DNA of 64,000 nt. Origin: a virus. This document shows, in pieces, positions 9,370 through 20,100 of this stretch; the stretch's first letter is position 1, and each line of letters opens with the position of its first letter. The translations under genes and the position numbers were made by a program. A model generated the notes under the pieces. That model did not search any database and was not told the DNA's origin. It worked only from the letters and a program-made list of their open reading frames with translations. Where the stretch lies: IMG/VR virus record IMGVR_UViG_3300029419_000277; one strand, given 5' to 3'.

Positions 9370-11730
9370 TTATCTTACATGCCTCTTCCGCTGGCTGCCG
9401 TCGCGCATCGTATGCCCGTCATAATAGCTTGCGGTATTGCGGTAATCTTCGATATTGGAATCCATCTCTACCTCGGTCTTGGTGTCATCGAACCAGTGTA
9501 CCGTAAACTTCAGCGGTGAATGAATCGTGATGGAGAGGAGGAATGCCTTGCAGTGTTCTTCGGTCACTTCATTCAGAAAGGCCACCGTACCATCCCGCCC
9601 CGCCGGGAGGTTCTTCATCCACTCGATTGCCTTTTCCCTTCGTTCATAGTCGTCCTCCAGTTCTTCCCAGTAGTCTTCCATATAGTCGAGCTGTTCGGTC
9701 AGTTTCTGCTCAGTGTCCGTGTCCTTCTGAATATCACACTCCAGTTTCTCAATGAGCTTTTTCTTCTCCTCAATAGAAGCAGGGTCAATCATCTCGTCAC
9801 CGAGAAGTTCCAGACGGGTCTGCATCACATCCACCTGACTTTTCAGGAGCCGGATCTTCTTACTGGTGCTTTCCACACTGGTGTGTGCGGCCGCTATCTG
9901 CTTTTTATAAAAAGCACGGTCGCGTTCCATAAAATCCAGCTTCTGAATGCTCTCCAGCCGTGCAAGCATCTGGCTTACAAAAGAATCTGCTTCCGGGGTG
10001 AAGTTGTCATACTGCTCTTTGAACCGGCCGCTCATGATGTCTGCCACAGCCACGTTGTCATGGATGGGCTTAAGCGTCAGCCGGAACCGCTCCAGAACTG
10101 CTTTACGGAAGGCTCGGACAACCTGTTCCTCGTATACTTTTTCTGCATGGCAGATACGTTTTCCTGTCGTCCGGCTGCTCGTCGGGCACCGCCAGATGGG
10201 ATAGTTCCCATTTCCGTTTGTCACATGGAAAAAGCGGCCGCACTCCCCGCAGATTAGTCTTTGGGAAAACGCTCTCGGCTTCTTGCCGGATCTTGTCCTG
10301 TTATATAAATCGCTGTTTACTTTTACAACTTCCTGTGCCTTTTCAAACAGGTCCTCGTCAACGATTGCCGGATGATGGTTCCGGACAAAATACTGAGGAA
10401 CTTCGCCTTTGTTGTCCCGGACTTCATGTGTCAGGTAATCCGATGTGAACTTCTTCTGGATAAGGACTGCACCCATGTACCGCTCGGCACGGACGATCCG
10501 CGTGATATTCCCGCCTGTCCATCCATCCAACAGATCACTGTTTAACTGCCCTTTCTTGGATTTTTTCTTTCTTACTCTCACTGCGTCGGTGACAGGAGCC
10601 GGAATCTTGTCCATGTTCAGTCCCCTTGCAATCTCCGTATAGGCTTTCCCTTCCACGACTTCATGGAAAATGCGCCGGACGACCCTGGCTTCTTCCTCAA
10701 CGATCTCAATATCTTTATACTCATATCCGCTCTCGGAGGTAACCATCTTCCCATTGTAGCGGTATCCGTACATGATCTTGTTTGGAACATCCCCCTTCGG
10801 AAAGCGCATCTTCTGCCCCAGCCGGATGTTGCTGGAAATGCTGCGGCTTTCTTCCTGTGCAATGGCTGCCAGTGTCGTAAGGATGAAGTCGCTGGTCGGG
10901 TCTGCCGTATCCAGATTTTCTTTCTCGAACAGAATCGTTACCCCGCAGTCATGCAGGACATCCAGTGCACTCATAAAGTCAGCCGTGTTTCGGGCAAATC
11001 GTGATATGGACTTGCACACAATGCGGTCGATCTTCCCGTCCTTACAATGACGCATCAGTCGGCGGAATCCGGTTCTCTTTTCCTTGGAAGTGCCGGAGAT
11101 GCCGTAATCGGAGTACACACCGACTGCATTCCATGCCGGATTATTTTCAATCAGCTGGTTAAAGTATTTTTCCTGCGTTTCATAGGAGTTCTCCTGGTCG
11201 CTCATGTCCGTAGAAACGCGGATGTAAGCTGCCACATTAAGGGTTCCGGCTTTCTTTTTGGTAGCCCGGAAGGTCGCCGTCGAAACGAACTTGTTATCCT
11301 GCGGTTCTTCCGGTGTGAAGAGCTTCGTAAACTCACTCTCCATACTGCTCTGCAGCCGTTCTGCAATGTCAGGCTCTGCCATGACCTTTTTGGCATCCAG
11401 AGCCTTCTGGATAAGAGCTGTGATACCGGCGTCCACGATGTCTTTTGATTTTTGGGGTGTCTGTTTTTTATCTGATGCGTTTTTTGGTTTTTGTTGAGTA
11501 GACTTGCCCTGGTGCGTGTCAGTCGGTGGTAAAAAAGAAGCTGTGACAGCCTCCGCACTTTGACGGACATCTGCCACAGCTTCCACAGGTTTCTTTTTCC
11601 CAAGAGCGGCTTCCAGTAAAGCCGAGACATCCACAGCAGATGCATTTACTCTCTTCTGCTGTTTCTGCTGTACTGTATTCTTCACAGTCTTTTTCTGCAG
11701 ATTTGCAAGGAAATCCGTACCAGTACTCAT
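9370..11730 (-). CDS. large serine recombinase (integrase) 3 with a ~165-aa K/Q/A-rich N-terminal extension
   Basis: 786 aa; catalytic domain LNVAAYIRVSTDMSDQENSYETQ, IDRIVCKSISRFARN starts near residue 170; AAGGAG 7 nt upstream of the ATG at 11730 supports the long form. Confidence 0.85.
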   Translation of the reverse strand: MSTGTDFLANLQKKTVKNTVQQKQQKRVNASAVDVSALLEAALGKKKPVEAVADVRQSAEAVTASFLPPTDTHQGKSTQQKPKNASDKKQTPQKSKDIVDAGITALIQKALDAKKVMAEPDIAERLQSSMESEFTKLFTPEEPQDNKFVSTATFRATKKKAGTLNVAAYIRVSTDMSDQENSYETQEKYFNQLIENNPAWNAVGVYSDYGISGTSKEKRTGFRRLMRHCKDGKIDRIVCKSISRFARNTADFMSALDVLHDCGVTILFEKENLDTADPTSDFILTTLAAIAQEESRSISSNIRLGQKMRFPKGDVPNKIMYGYRYNGKMVTSESGYEYKDIEIVEEEARVVRRIFHEVVEGKAYTEIARGLNMDKIPAPVTDAVRVRKKKSKKGQLNSDLLDGWTGGNITRIVRAERYMGAVLIQKKFTSDYLTHEVRDNKGEVPQYFVRNHHPAIVDEDLFEKAQEVVKVNSDLYNRTRSGKKPRAFSQRLICGECGRFFHVTNGNGNYPIWRCPTSSRTTGKRICHAEKVYEEQVVRAFRKAVLERFRLTLKPIHDNVAVADIMSGRFKEQYDNFTPEADSFVSQMLARLESIQKLDFMERDRAFYKKQIAAAHTSVESTSKKIRLLKSQVDVMQTRLELLGDEMIDPASIEEKKKLIEKLECDIQKDTDTEQKLTEQLDYMEDYWEELEDDYERREKAIEWMKNLPAGRDGTVAFLNEVTEEHCKAFLLSITIHSPLKFTVHWFDDTKTEVEMDSNIEDYRNTASYYDGHTMRDGSQRKRHVR

Positions 11731-11776
11731 AGTTTTCGCTCCTTTCCTGCCCGTTTTCTTCTCTTTGGGCAGTCAC

Positions 11777-11805
11777 ATATTCCCTCTGTTTCGTGATATT
11801 ATCAA
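11777..11805 (-). promoter_or_regulatory. candidate sigma70 promoter for recombinase 3 (TTGATA-17-GAATAT on the minus strand)
   Basis: Reverse complement of 11800-11805 is TTGATA; reverse complement of 11777-11782 is GAATAT; the spacer is 17 nt. Confidence 0.4.
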
Positions 11806-11900
11806 GTAATTTCGGCGCAGAAAGACGGAGAATAATCTGGGAGATTATTGTCTTATCTGCACGATATGTACGCCCCGCCCGGTAAGGACGGGGAGTGTTT

Positions 11901-13370
11901 TTAGATACGGGCCGCAAAGTCAAGTGCGATCCACCCTGCACCGGATTTCAGCTTGCCCCAGCCCTTCGCAGAACCAGCACCGGCAGATTCTGCCACGATA
12001 GTAAACACGCCTTTCCCGGTGTAATAACCGGTCTTACCGTAATTCGTGCCCGGTCCCTTGCGGATGTTGAGGTCTTTAATGGATACACGCACAGTATACG
12101 GGACTGAAGACTCCGGTTCCGGGTAGACGGTCTTACCCGCCGGGTCAAAAACATAATAGCCCGGATTCTTATCTGCACACTGTTTTGCATAGGTGAGGTC
12201 GTGGAACGCACTTTTCTGGGAAGCGGCATTCTGCCAGCTCTTACGGACACGGTACCAGCCGGAAATAGTGGTGCTTTCAGAATCCTTTACCGCATCATAC
12301 TGCGTCAGGTTCCAACGCTCGATGATATTGCAAAGGTTCTGAACATAGGTGTGGCTGGTAGCATAACCACCATCCTTGATGATCTGTGCCGCTTTCTTGT
12401 AATCGGTACAGCCTGCCAGACCCTCATAGCGTTTCCTGCTGCCACTCATCGCTCCGAGCAGATATGCTGCATGGTCGGCAATGGAGTCTTCCACACAGGC
12501 GTACTTGCGGAAGTCAGCAGTGATCGTCACATAGCTGCCATCGGTATTCTGCTCCTGCGTTTTCTTAGGATAGACAGACTTGCCATCCCAACTGCTGCCG
12601 CTCCAGCTGTTCCCGGAAAGCGAGGTCTTCATGCCGAAGCAGTTATTGGCATTTTGTGCCAGCTCAGATTTACCGTAGCCGGATTCCAGAATGAACTGTG
12701 CCATCGACACGCAGGCAAGGATGCCAGTGGTTTTCTGGTTCGCAGTAAACAGCGGGCCAATCTTTGCCACTGCCTCTGCTTCCGAGAGATTTTTCAGCGA
12801 AGAAGCCTGCATGCCAGATGAGGATGAACCGCCCAGTGCTGCAGTTACCCTTGCGGCCAGATCACCCAGGCGGGCATACAGCCAGTTTCCAGGGCAGCTT
12901 TTATTCGCAAACCAGCGGTGAACGGTCAGCACCATTTCATCTGCCGCCGGAGCATAGTTGAGTGTCTTATTTTTATCACCCAGCCACAGGAGCTTCTTCT
13001 TCCCGTTACGCTTGCAGATATCAATGCAGAGCTTGACCAGAGAGTCATATACGGCACTGTTCATGGCATACGGCTCATTCATGTCGCTGGCGCATTCGAT
13101 GGTGACCGCCCTCTGGTCATTGGCATTGCTGGACGAACACCAGCTGCGGTTCTTTTCTTTGACACAAAGCGACACACGGCCGTCTGTGCCGATGCCGTAG
13201 TTGCAGCTTGCCTGACGGCTTGTGCTGGTGAAACAGCCGCAGATGCTTTCCGCAGAAAGCTGACCGACCACACAATGCGGTGTGATGCGGTCGATGCTGT
13301 GTGTCCTCTGCCCGGAATGGTTCGGGGAGAGCTTAGTGTGAACAACGAGTGGACTATTGGTATATCCCAT
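11901..13370 (-). CDS. bifunctional endolysin: N-acetylmuramoyl-L-alanine amidase (Amidase_2/PGRP) + glucosaminidase + C-terminal wall-binding module
   Basis: 489 aa; amidase_2 motifs (HCVVGQ...AVTIE...HRWF..KSCPG), glucosaminidase motif ILESGYGKSELAQNANNCFGMK, C-terminal ~50-aa module GWYRVRKSWQNAASQKSAFHDL. Confidence 0.8.
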   Translation of the reverse strand: MGYTNSPLVVHTKLSPNHSGQRTHSIDRITPHCVVGQLSAESICGCFTSTSRQASCNYGIGTDGRVSLCVKEKNRSWCSSSNANDQRAVTIECASDMNEPYAMNSAVYDSLVKLCIDICKRNGKKKLLWLGDKNKTLNYAPAADEMVLTVHRWFANKSCPGNWLYARLGDLAARVTAALGGSSSSGMQASSLKNLSEAEAVAKIGPLFTANQKTTGILACVSMAQFILESGYGKSELAQNANNCFGMKTSLSGNSWSGSSWDGKSVYPKKTQEQNTDGSYVTITADFRKYACVEDSIADHAAYLLGAMSGSRKRYEGLAGCTDYKKAAQIIKDGGYATSHTYVQNLCNIIERWNLTQYDAVKDSESTTISGWYRVRKSWQNAASQKSAFHDLTYAKQCADKNPGYYVFDPAGKTVYPEPESSVPYTVRVSIKDLNIRKGPGTNYGKTGYYTGKGVFTIVAESAGAGSAKGWGKLKSGAGWIALDFAARI

Positions 13371-13440
13371 AATGATTTCCTCCTGCTAAAAAAATTGAGG
13401 TCCAGATCACTCTGAACCTCGTACTGTGGTTATTCTGTTG

Positions 13441-14145
13441 TTACGGAATCAGCAGTTTCATGCCGACCCGGATGGCATTGGAAGTCAGACCATTCAGCAC
13501 ACGGATATCTGCACAGCGGCTGCCGCTTCCCAGTTCCTTATCTGCGATTTTCCAGAGATTATCACCGGGAACAACGGTATAGATTCTGCCAGCTGTGAAC
13601 GCATAGGTGTCCGCACTGTTCAGGACATATGCGACACCGGCCTCTGCTTCGGCACATTTGATCTTCAGCCAGCCATCACAGAACTGCACGACTTCCACAA
13701 GGGCATTCTTCTTGTAGACCGCTACGACCTCTGCATCCAGACTCGGCTTTTTGCGGATGTTCATGAGGGTCTTGAGCTTGCCGTAGGCAATGGTCGCCGG
13801 AAGCTCCTCCGCAGTCGGGAACTCATTCTCATCCACTTCGTCTTCAGCTTCTTTCTCCGCCGGGATATCTTCCACAGGGGTTGTGGTTTCCGGCTTATCT
13901 TCCGGGATATCGTCCACGACTGCTTTCTCCTCGTTCTCATCTGCACCAGTATCCGGGACAGCCTCTTCCGGATAGATCACGTTGCCGTCATTGTCGAACA
14001 CTCGGCTGCCGGGGTTCTCATCACACTTGGCTTTTGCATTCGCCAGCAGACGGTACGCGCCAAACTGGGATGCCTCATCTTCCCAGACTTCTCGCACACG
14101 GTAATAACCGGTCGTCAGTTTTGCGGGATACTCTTTCTTACTCAT
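13441..14145 (-). CDS. LysM-domain cell-wall-binding protein sharing the endolysin C-terminal module (no catalytic domain)
   Basis: 234 aa; N-terminal YYRVREVWEDEASQFGAYRLL module homologous to the endolysin C-terminus, acidic E-rich linker, C-terminal LysM (YTVVPGDNLWKIADKELGSGSRCADIRVLNGL); AGGAGG 8 nt upstream of the ATG. Confidence 0.7.
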   Translation of the reverse strand: MSKKEYPAKLTTGYYRVREVWEDEASQFGAYRLLANAKAKCDENPGSRVFDNDGNVIYPEEAVPDTGADENEEKAVVDDIPEDKPETTTPVEDIPAEKEAEDEVDENEFPTAEELPATIAYGKLKTLMNIRKKPSLDAEVVAVYKKNALVEVVQFCDGWLKIKCAEAEAGVAYVLNSADTYAFTAGRIYTVVPGDNLWKIADKELGSGSRCADIRVLNGLTSNAIRVGMKLLIP

Positions 14146-14198
14146 GGTTCATTCCTCCTAAAATTTGAGGGAGAGGCTGTTACACCTCTCCCCATTGA

Positions 14199-14642
14199 TC
14201 AATCGTCCTTATTCTCTCTTTCTTCCTTCAGCTGTGCCAGCATCTCCTTGAGCTTCTCCGGCACGGGAAGACCGATAACGGCTGCGTTTTCGAGGCAGCT
14301 CAGGCCTTCATTCGCCAAATAAAAGAACACCACTGCTGTACGGATGGCCGCTCCATTCTGGAGGATCTGTGTGTCGATGATGTTGGCAATACCAACCAGC
14401 ACAAAGATACACACCTTCTTGGCGATGCCCTTAAAGCCAACTTCAGAAGAAAGCTCATGCTTGATCGCTGCCGCCAGCACCCCGGTGAAGTAGTCACAGA
14501 CCACGAACACCACCAGTGCATACAAAAAGCCGTCAAACCCGCCAAAGAACCAGCCCAGGAAACCACCCAGACCTGCGAACATCCATTCAATCTTGTCGAT
14601 CACATTCTGCATAATCTTGTCCTTTCCTGCCCATTTGGGCAT
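14199..14642 (-). CDS. holin (phage_holin_4_1 / TcdE-like family)
   Basis: 147 aa; three TM segments; GIANIIDTQIL...RTAVVFFYLANEGLSCLENAAVIGLPVP typical of this holin family; sits beside the endolysin. Confidence 0.8.
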   Translation of the reverse strand: MPKWAGKDKIMQNVIDKIEWMFAGLGGFLGWFFGGFDGFLYALVVFVVCDYFTGVLAAAIKHELSSEVGFKGIAKKVCIFVLVGIANIIDTQILQNGAAIRTAVVFFYLANEGLSCLENAAVIGLPVPEKLKEMLAQLKEERENKDD

Positions 14643-14740
14643 AAAAATAGACGGTCAATGCCGCCTTGTGTATACTCCTTCTATAATGAACACCGTTTCA
14701 CAGGCATTTGGGAGGTATGTCTGTCAGGGACGGTGGAAAT

Positions 14741-17047
14741 TTAATAGAATTTATTGTCCAATCCAATAAACTCAATCTCACGGAACTCATTCGGATTCTT
14801 CTTCATGATCCAATCAATATAGGTAGAAATAATCATGGCACAGATAAAGTACCCGACTGCATTGTAATGACCGCCACGTTTCTGCTGATAGAGAAAGCCA
14901 GAATTATACAAAGCTGTTCCATAGGTATACAGATCAACCAGATAGACGCTCTTAAATATTCCTGCAATCTCCCGAACTGCCGAATTGTAGCCAGCATTTT
15001 CTACAGATTTTAATGGATCAGTCAGAATAAAAATTTTAGCTTTCGGCTGCATTTCCTGAATCTTCTGAATGATCTTTCCGTAATTGCCATAATAGGTGTC
15101 TGGATTCTGTGTGTAGTCGCCGAGATTGATATCTTCCACCGTACCAATCTTGTACTTTCGATTGTTTTCATTTTGTCCAAGACCGATAATATAAGCCTCG
15201 CACTTATGATTTCCATCAAAGCACTCCGTTGCAAGCGAACTGGAAAGGAACGTATCACAACGCAGTCCACCCTTAGACCAGTTGTAATAGGTATTCCCGG
15301 TCATTCTAGCAAGATACTGTCCCCAGGAATATTCAAACAAATCCTTCCCTCCTGTGGTGCCATCGGCTTTTTTGTATACTGCTTCTCCGCTTGCAAGGCT
15401 GTCACCAATGCAGCCCACATGACGAAATACGGTCATTAAACCAGCATCATTTCGAATCCGTTCCAGAGGATTATCTGAGAGATTCAAGCCTAACAGATCA
15501 TTGATTCCTGCTGTCAGTCTTTTTTGGATATCTTTTTCCAATTTGTCTTTTGTGATTGCTTCATCAGCAATTTTCTGCGTAGTAATTGCAGCATCTTGTA
15601 CCTTTCCGGTAGATACGACCGTATCCATAAACCAAATCTTGGCAAAATCTTTTAAATTTTCTTTATACATGGTCAGGCGGATATACGCAGTACCCTTGGG
15701 GCAGATAAAATCCGTGTAGCTTAAAATACCACCCTTTTCCTGATTGTACTTCAATCCTGAAATATACTTTTTGTCCTGATCATAAAAAGCAAGACCTGAA
15801 ACATCAGTGGAAGCTGTACTCATACTTGCGCGTAAAAGGCATTTACTTCCACCATACGGGAACGGCAGATAGTCCTCTGTTGCAAAATAGGTGTTTGTTC
15901 CCGGTGTATAAGTCCGCAAATCACCCTTCGCACGTGCAATATACAAATCCGGTGTCAAAACAATCTCCAGCGGGATTTCCAAAAAGGCAGCATTTTTCAC
16001 CTGCACAGCGTTGTCACACAGTTTCTCTGATGTTATCGCTTCATCCGCGAGATTATCCGTTTCAACACTTTTTTCTGCCAATTTTTCATGTGTTACCGCA
16101 CGATCCACCAGATGCCCCACTGAGATTCTATAATCATCCAACCAGATACCCACGCCATTGAGATTGTCCTGCCCCATACAGCTCATGCGTATATAAGCAG
16201 TTCCATCTGGGCAGAAAATTCTGCGAAATGCCAGTTTCTTAGTTTCCCGATTGTAATCGCTTCCGCTGATAAATTTCTTATTTGCATCATAAAATGCAAT
16301 ACCTGATTTATCGCTTTCAACTGTGGACATGGCAGAATATACTTGAAGCCAGCAGCCTCCATATGGAAACGGAATATAATCCAACGTGGCAAAATAAACA
16401 TTTGAGCCCTGAGAGAAATTATCTAGCCCACCATATTTTCTCGAAATATACTTATCTGCAGTCCAAACCAGTTCTGGAGTAATGTCCAAGAACGACAGGC
16501 GGCTTCCATTTACTGCACCTTTCAAAATACCCTTGCCACTTCCAATTGCTCGAATATGGGAACCGACAGAACCGTATTTCGTTCCCTCTTCATCTACTCT
16601 TGCATCCACAACCTCTGCTGCATAGTCCTTATCCTTGTCAGTCGAAGCAGACACATTAGCATCCAGTCGCTTGTCCAACGTATCCATACGGCTGTTCAGC
16701 TCTGCCTTGTTGCTATTAGTAAGGCTTTCAGCAGAATTCACCCGACTGTTCATGTTGGATTCTGCGGTATCCACATACTGGATGAGACGTGCTTCTGTAT
16801 CTTCCATTTCCTTGACAGCCTCTGCGATCTGCGCACTATAAAGACTGTATTGCATCCAGTAAATTTCATCCGAGATTGCAGTACCGACCGGCACAGGTCT
16901 TCTGCTGATATAGCTCTCACCGGACGCCTTATCCAGAACGATACTGAGTTCTTCGTATTCCTTATTGATATCCCATACACCATCGTGTTTCGGAACAATT
17001 CTTCTTCCAATAAATTTAGACATAGGATTCTCCCTTCTGCCGGACAA
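14741..17047 (-). CDS. tail fibre / receptor-binding protein with tandem ~110-aa repeat domains and a C-terminal SGNH/GDSL hydrolase domain
   Basis: 768 aa; N-terminal anchor (GRRIVPKHDGVWDINKEYE) paralogous to the next gene; two internal repeats (..YFATLDYIPFPYGG.. / ..YFATEDYLPFPYGG..); GDSL block VGCIGDSLASGE. Confidence 0.7.
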   Translation of the reverse strand: MSGRRENPMSKFIGRRIVPKHDGVWDINKEYEELSIVLDKASGESYISRRPVPVGTAISDEIYWMQYSLYSAQIAEAVKEMEDTEARLIQYVDTAESNMNSRVNSAESLTNSNKAELNSRMDTLDKRLDANVSASTDKDKDYAAEVVDARVDEEGTKYGSVGSHIRAIGSGKGILKGAVNGSRLSFLDITPELVWTADKYISRKYGGLDNFSQGSNVYFATLDYIPFPYGGCWLQVYSAMSTVESDKSGIAFYDANKKFISGSDYNRETKKLAFRRIFCPDGTAYIRMSCMGQDNLNGVGIWLDDYRISVGHLVDRAVTHEKLAEKSVETDNLADEAITSEKLCDNAVQVKNAAFLEIPLEIVLTPDLYIARAKGDLRTYTPGTNTYFATEDYLPFPYGGSKCLLRASMSTASTDVSGLAFYDQDKKYISGLKYNQEKGGILSYTDFICPKGTAYIRLTMYKENLKDFAKIWFMDTVVSTGKVQDAAITTQKIADEAITKDKLEKDIQKRLTAGINDLLGLNLSDNPLERIRNDAGLMTVFRHVGCIGDSLASGEAVYKKADGTTGGKDLFEYSWGQYLARMTGNTYYNWSKGGLRCDTFLSSSLATECFDGNHKCEAYIIGLGQNENNRKYKIGTVEDINLGDYTQNPDTYYGNYGKIIQKIQEMQPKAKIFILTDPLKSVENAGYNSAVREIAGIFKSVYLVDLYTYGTALYNSGFLYQQKRGGHYNAVGYFICAMIISTYIDWIMKKNPNEFREIEFIGLDNKFY

Positions 17048-17183
17048 TTCCGGCTACAACTACTATCGGTTCATCCAGCAGATTGGGAGGCCCTGTCTTG
17101 GGAAAATCAAGGGTTACATAGTACCCCCCCCCGAATTTTCTGACGATTCATCATATTGTTTCCTTTCCCGGCATAATGCCGTT

Positions 17184-20100
17184 TTATTTGCTGTCTTCCG
17201 TCAGCCATGCACGGATCTGGCAGTAATAGCCGTCTGCCCATGCCTGATAGCCTCTTCCGGACGGGTGGATGCTGTTGGTCAGCGTCCGGCTGGTTTCCGT
17301 GAATCGGTTCGTCACCGGCTTATCCGAATACGGAAATGCCAGACGGCGGTCCGTGCGAAGACCGTGGGCAAAACAGGTCACGTTTTTGCGATACTTGCCA
17401 GCATCAAATGCCTTGATCAGTGCAAGGTTCAGCGTGTTGATGCTCATATGGAAGATACCCATGCTGGAACCGCACTGATAAGAATAATCCGAGCCGGGAC
17501 CACAAAGACCGATACCGATCTTGCAGTTCGGGAAGCCCGTTTCCTTATCCAGCAGCGCATCGATGAACTGCTTCGCCTGATCCACGAACTTCTGCACCTC
17601 TGCTTCCGTGCGGTACAGTGTAGTGCCCTGTGACACATCATTGGTGCCAAGTGCGATCAGAAAGTAATCGATGCCCTCATAGCCGTTGGTCTCGCAGTAT
17701 TTCTGGAAATCCAGACGGCCTTTGATCTTGTCCCAGAACGCATTCGTTTTGCCGGCGTAATCCGTATCTGCCAGATACCGGGCAAAGGTCCAGCTGCCGC
17801 GTCCTTCGTGCTTGCCGCCAGACGGTCCTCTCGTTCCCAGCTGGTGGATCACGCAGTCATTATCCTCTGCCAGCAGACGGTACACTTCCGTTGCCACAGA
17901 ACCATTGTCCACGAGAGAGTCTCCACAGATGCAGATATTCTTCGTGAGCTTGTCCTTCAGCTTATGGTGAACCCTGACCTGGACAGGTTTGGACGATACC
18001 GTATGGCAGTCATCTTCATCCAGACGGCAGACGGTCAGTGCAAAATCCGTACTGTCCTTCGTCGGCGTGTAGTTCATGCAGTACTCGTTCCGGGTCAGGC
18101 TCGGTGCATTCGTGCCTCTGGCGAGCACATACAGATTTTCCTTGCCATCGTGGCGGGAAAGACAGTCAAAGAAGATGGAAAGCTGGCGTCCCTCCATGCA
18201 GTCCCAGTGGGACGGGGTCACGATGTCATCCTCTACAGCCGGAGTAATGGCTTTCTGCACATAATCCGTGATACGCTTCGGGATGAAAGATGCCGCGTTA
18301 TCTGCGAAGAGATCACCCGCTTTGTATTCCTTACCGCCCACAATGAACTTCACATCCGGGTGAATGTGCGGATTATACAGCTTGCTCTGATACCAGGATG
18401 CAATATAGAAACCATTCGTGCCCAGCTTGCGGAACAGGCTGGTATCGTACAGGTTGATGGTTCTCGTGCCAGCATCATAAGCAAGGATGCGCATCGGCAT
18501 ACCAAATGTCGAGCTGGGTGTGTTAAATGCCATCTCTACCGGATCGCCTGCCATGATCCACTCATAGTGGAACGTATCCGGAACACCCAGACACTTGGTA
18601 CTGACCTGGATCGTACCGGCATCCTGGTCAATGGTAATACCGCCGCTTGCCAGATACATATGGCGGGAATCCTTACCGGCAAGATCCGTGCGGAGCTGCT
18701 GAAAGCGGTCCTCATACTTCTTTTCGATATAGGAATCACGCCGTTCTTCATCGAAAAGCTCACCAGCCTTATAAGTCGTGCCATCCAGCACAATGCTGAA
18801 AGAGGAACCCATGTGCGGATACCAGAAATGGTTTTCATACCATGCAGCGATATAGTAGCCGTTTACTCCCAATGCCCGGAACTGTGCAGTGTTGTAAAGA
18901 TTGATCTGATCTATGGACGAGTCATAGGCAAGGATCAGCATGTGATGCTTTTCTGCTTCCGTACTATCCAACATCGGTACCGGCTCCTCACTAGCACTGA
19001 TCCAGTAGTAAGCACCGTTATCGACAACCGCCAGGATACGTTTCGTGACCTGAATGGTGCGGTTGACCGTATCGATCGCAAACTGGCCTGTAGCGAGGAA
19101 CATCTTTGCTGAACGGTACTTGTGCCAGGTCATCGCAGTATTCGCAATCTTGGCTGGATTGCCATAATCAATCCCGTTGATGACTGTACCGCTGCTCGAA
19201 GGAGCTGCGTACACCACATTCCAGTCAAAAAAGACCGCAAACACAAAGCGGCCCTTTGTGAATAGATCGCCCCAGCTATCGCCGCTTGTATTTTCCACCT
19301 TAATGACAGGGACTTCTGTCTTTTCTCCCGTCTCGTTTGCGGATGCTTCCGCACCATCATAGTAGATCGCCCACCATTTTCCCACTACTGCAAAGTCAAA
19401 CGAGGTACTGTTTTCCGCCACCAGTTTCGTCTGCTCGTACTGTATACCATTTGTACGGCGGCAGACATACACACTCTTTCCCTCCGGGAATGTGACTGTC
19501 ACCTTGCTGCCCGTGAACCTGATATCCACGCTGCCGTTCATCCACTGCCAGCCTGTTGCGTAATTTGACAGCAATCTCATCGGGAGCATATTGTCATAGA
19601 GGTACACCGAGAGCTTCGAGAACAGCTTTTCATTGGTGGTGACAGAGATGAAACGGGTATTCGGAAGCAGTGTGATCACATAGTTGTCATAGACCTTGCC
19701 GCTCTCTGCCCGGAAACAGCCACCGAGGAACTTACGGTCCATGTCATAGCAGACCACGTTGTTATAGTCATCCCGGCCGCTCATATAGCCGAACTGACCG
19801 TCCACCAGAATCGCATCACCGCTGACCGGGACCATGTGCGCCACGCGCCAGCTTTCCGAAGCTACAAGGTTGCCGTTCTGGTTTGCGTAACCATTTTTGA
19901 TCACCCAGTTCTTCATGATATTCTGCATGGAACGCACCCTGCCGACCGCACGGATATTGTCACCGGCTGTGGGATAAGTCTTTCCCTCATCATCCACACG
20001 GGCATCTACAAGCTCCTGTGCATAGTTGGCATTTTTATCTGTAGATGCCTTGACGTTGGCATTGATCTGGGCTTTCAGCGTTTCTGCAGTCTTATCCATC

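Noticed and set aside
8463-9506. 347-aa plus-strand ORF antisense to serine recombinase 2, and similar long antisense ORFs (17808..19112 +, 31227..32405 +, 55154..56668 +, 57562..59199 +)
   Set aside because: Each is fully contained within a well-supported minus-strand gene with clear family motifs, and lacks RBS or recognisable family features. Antisense shadow ORFs.
11860-11906. GC-rich hairpin (CCCCGCCCGG..GGACGGGG) followed by a plus-strand T-run between endolysin and recombinase 3, considered as a terminator
   Set aside because: The U-run is on the plus strand where no gene ends. On the minus strand, where the endolysin gene ends, there is no U-tract. Function unclear, so it is not annotated as a feature.
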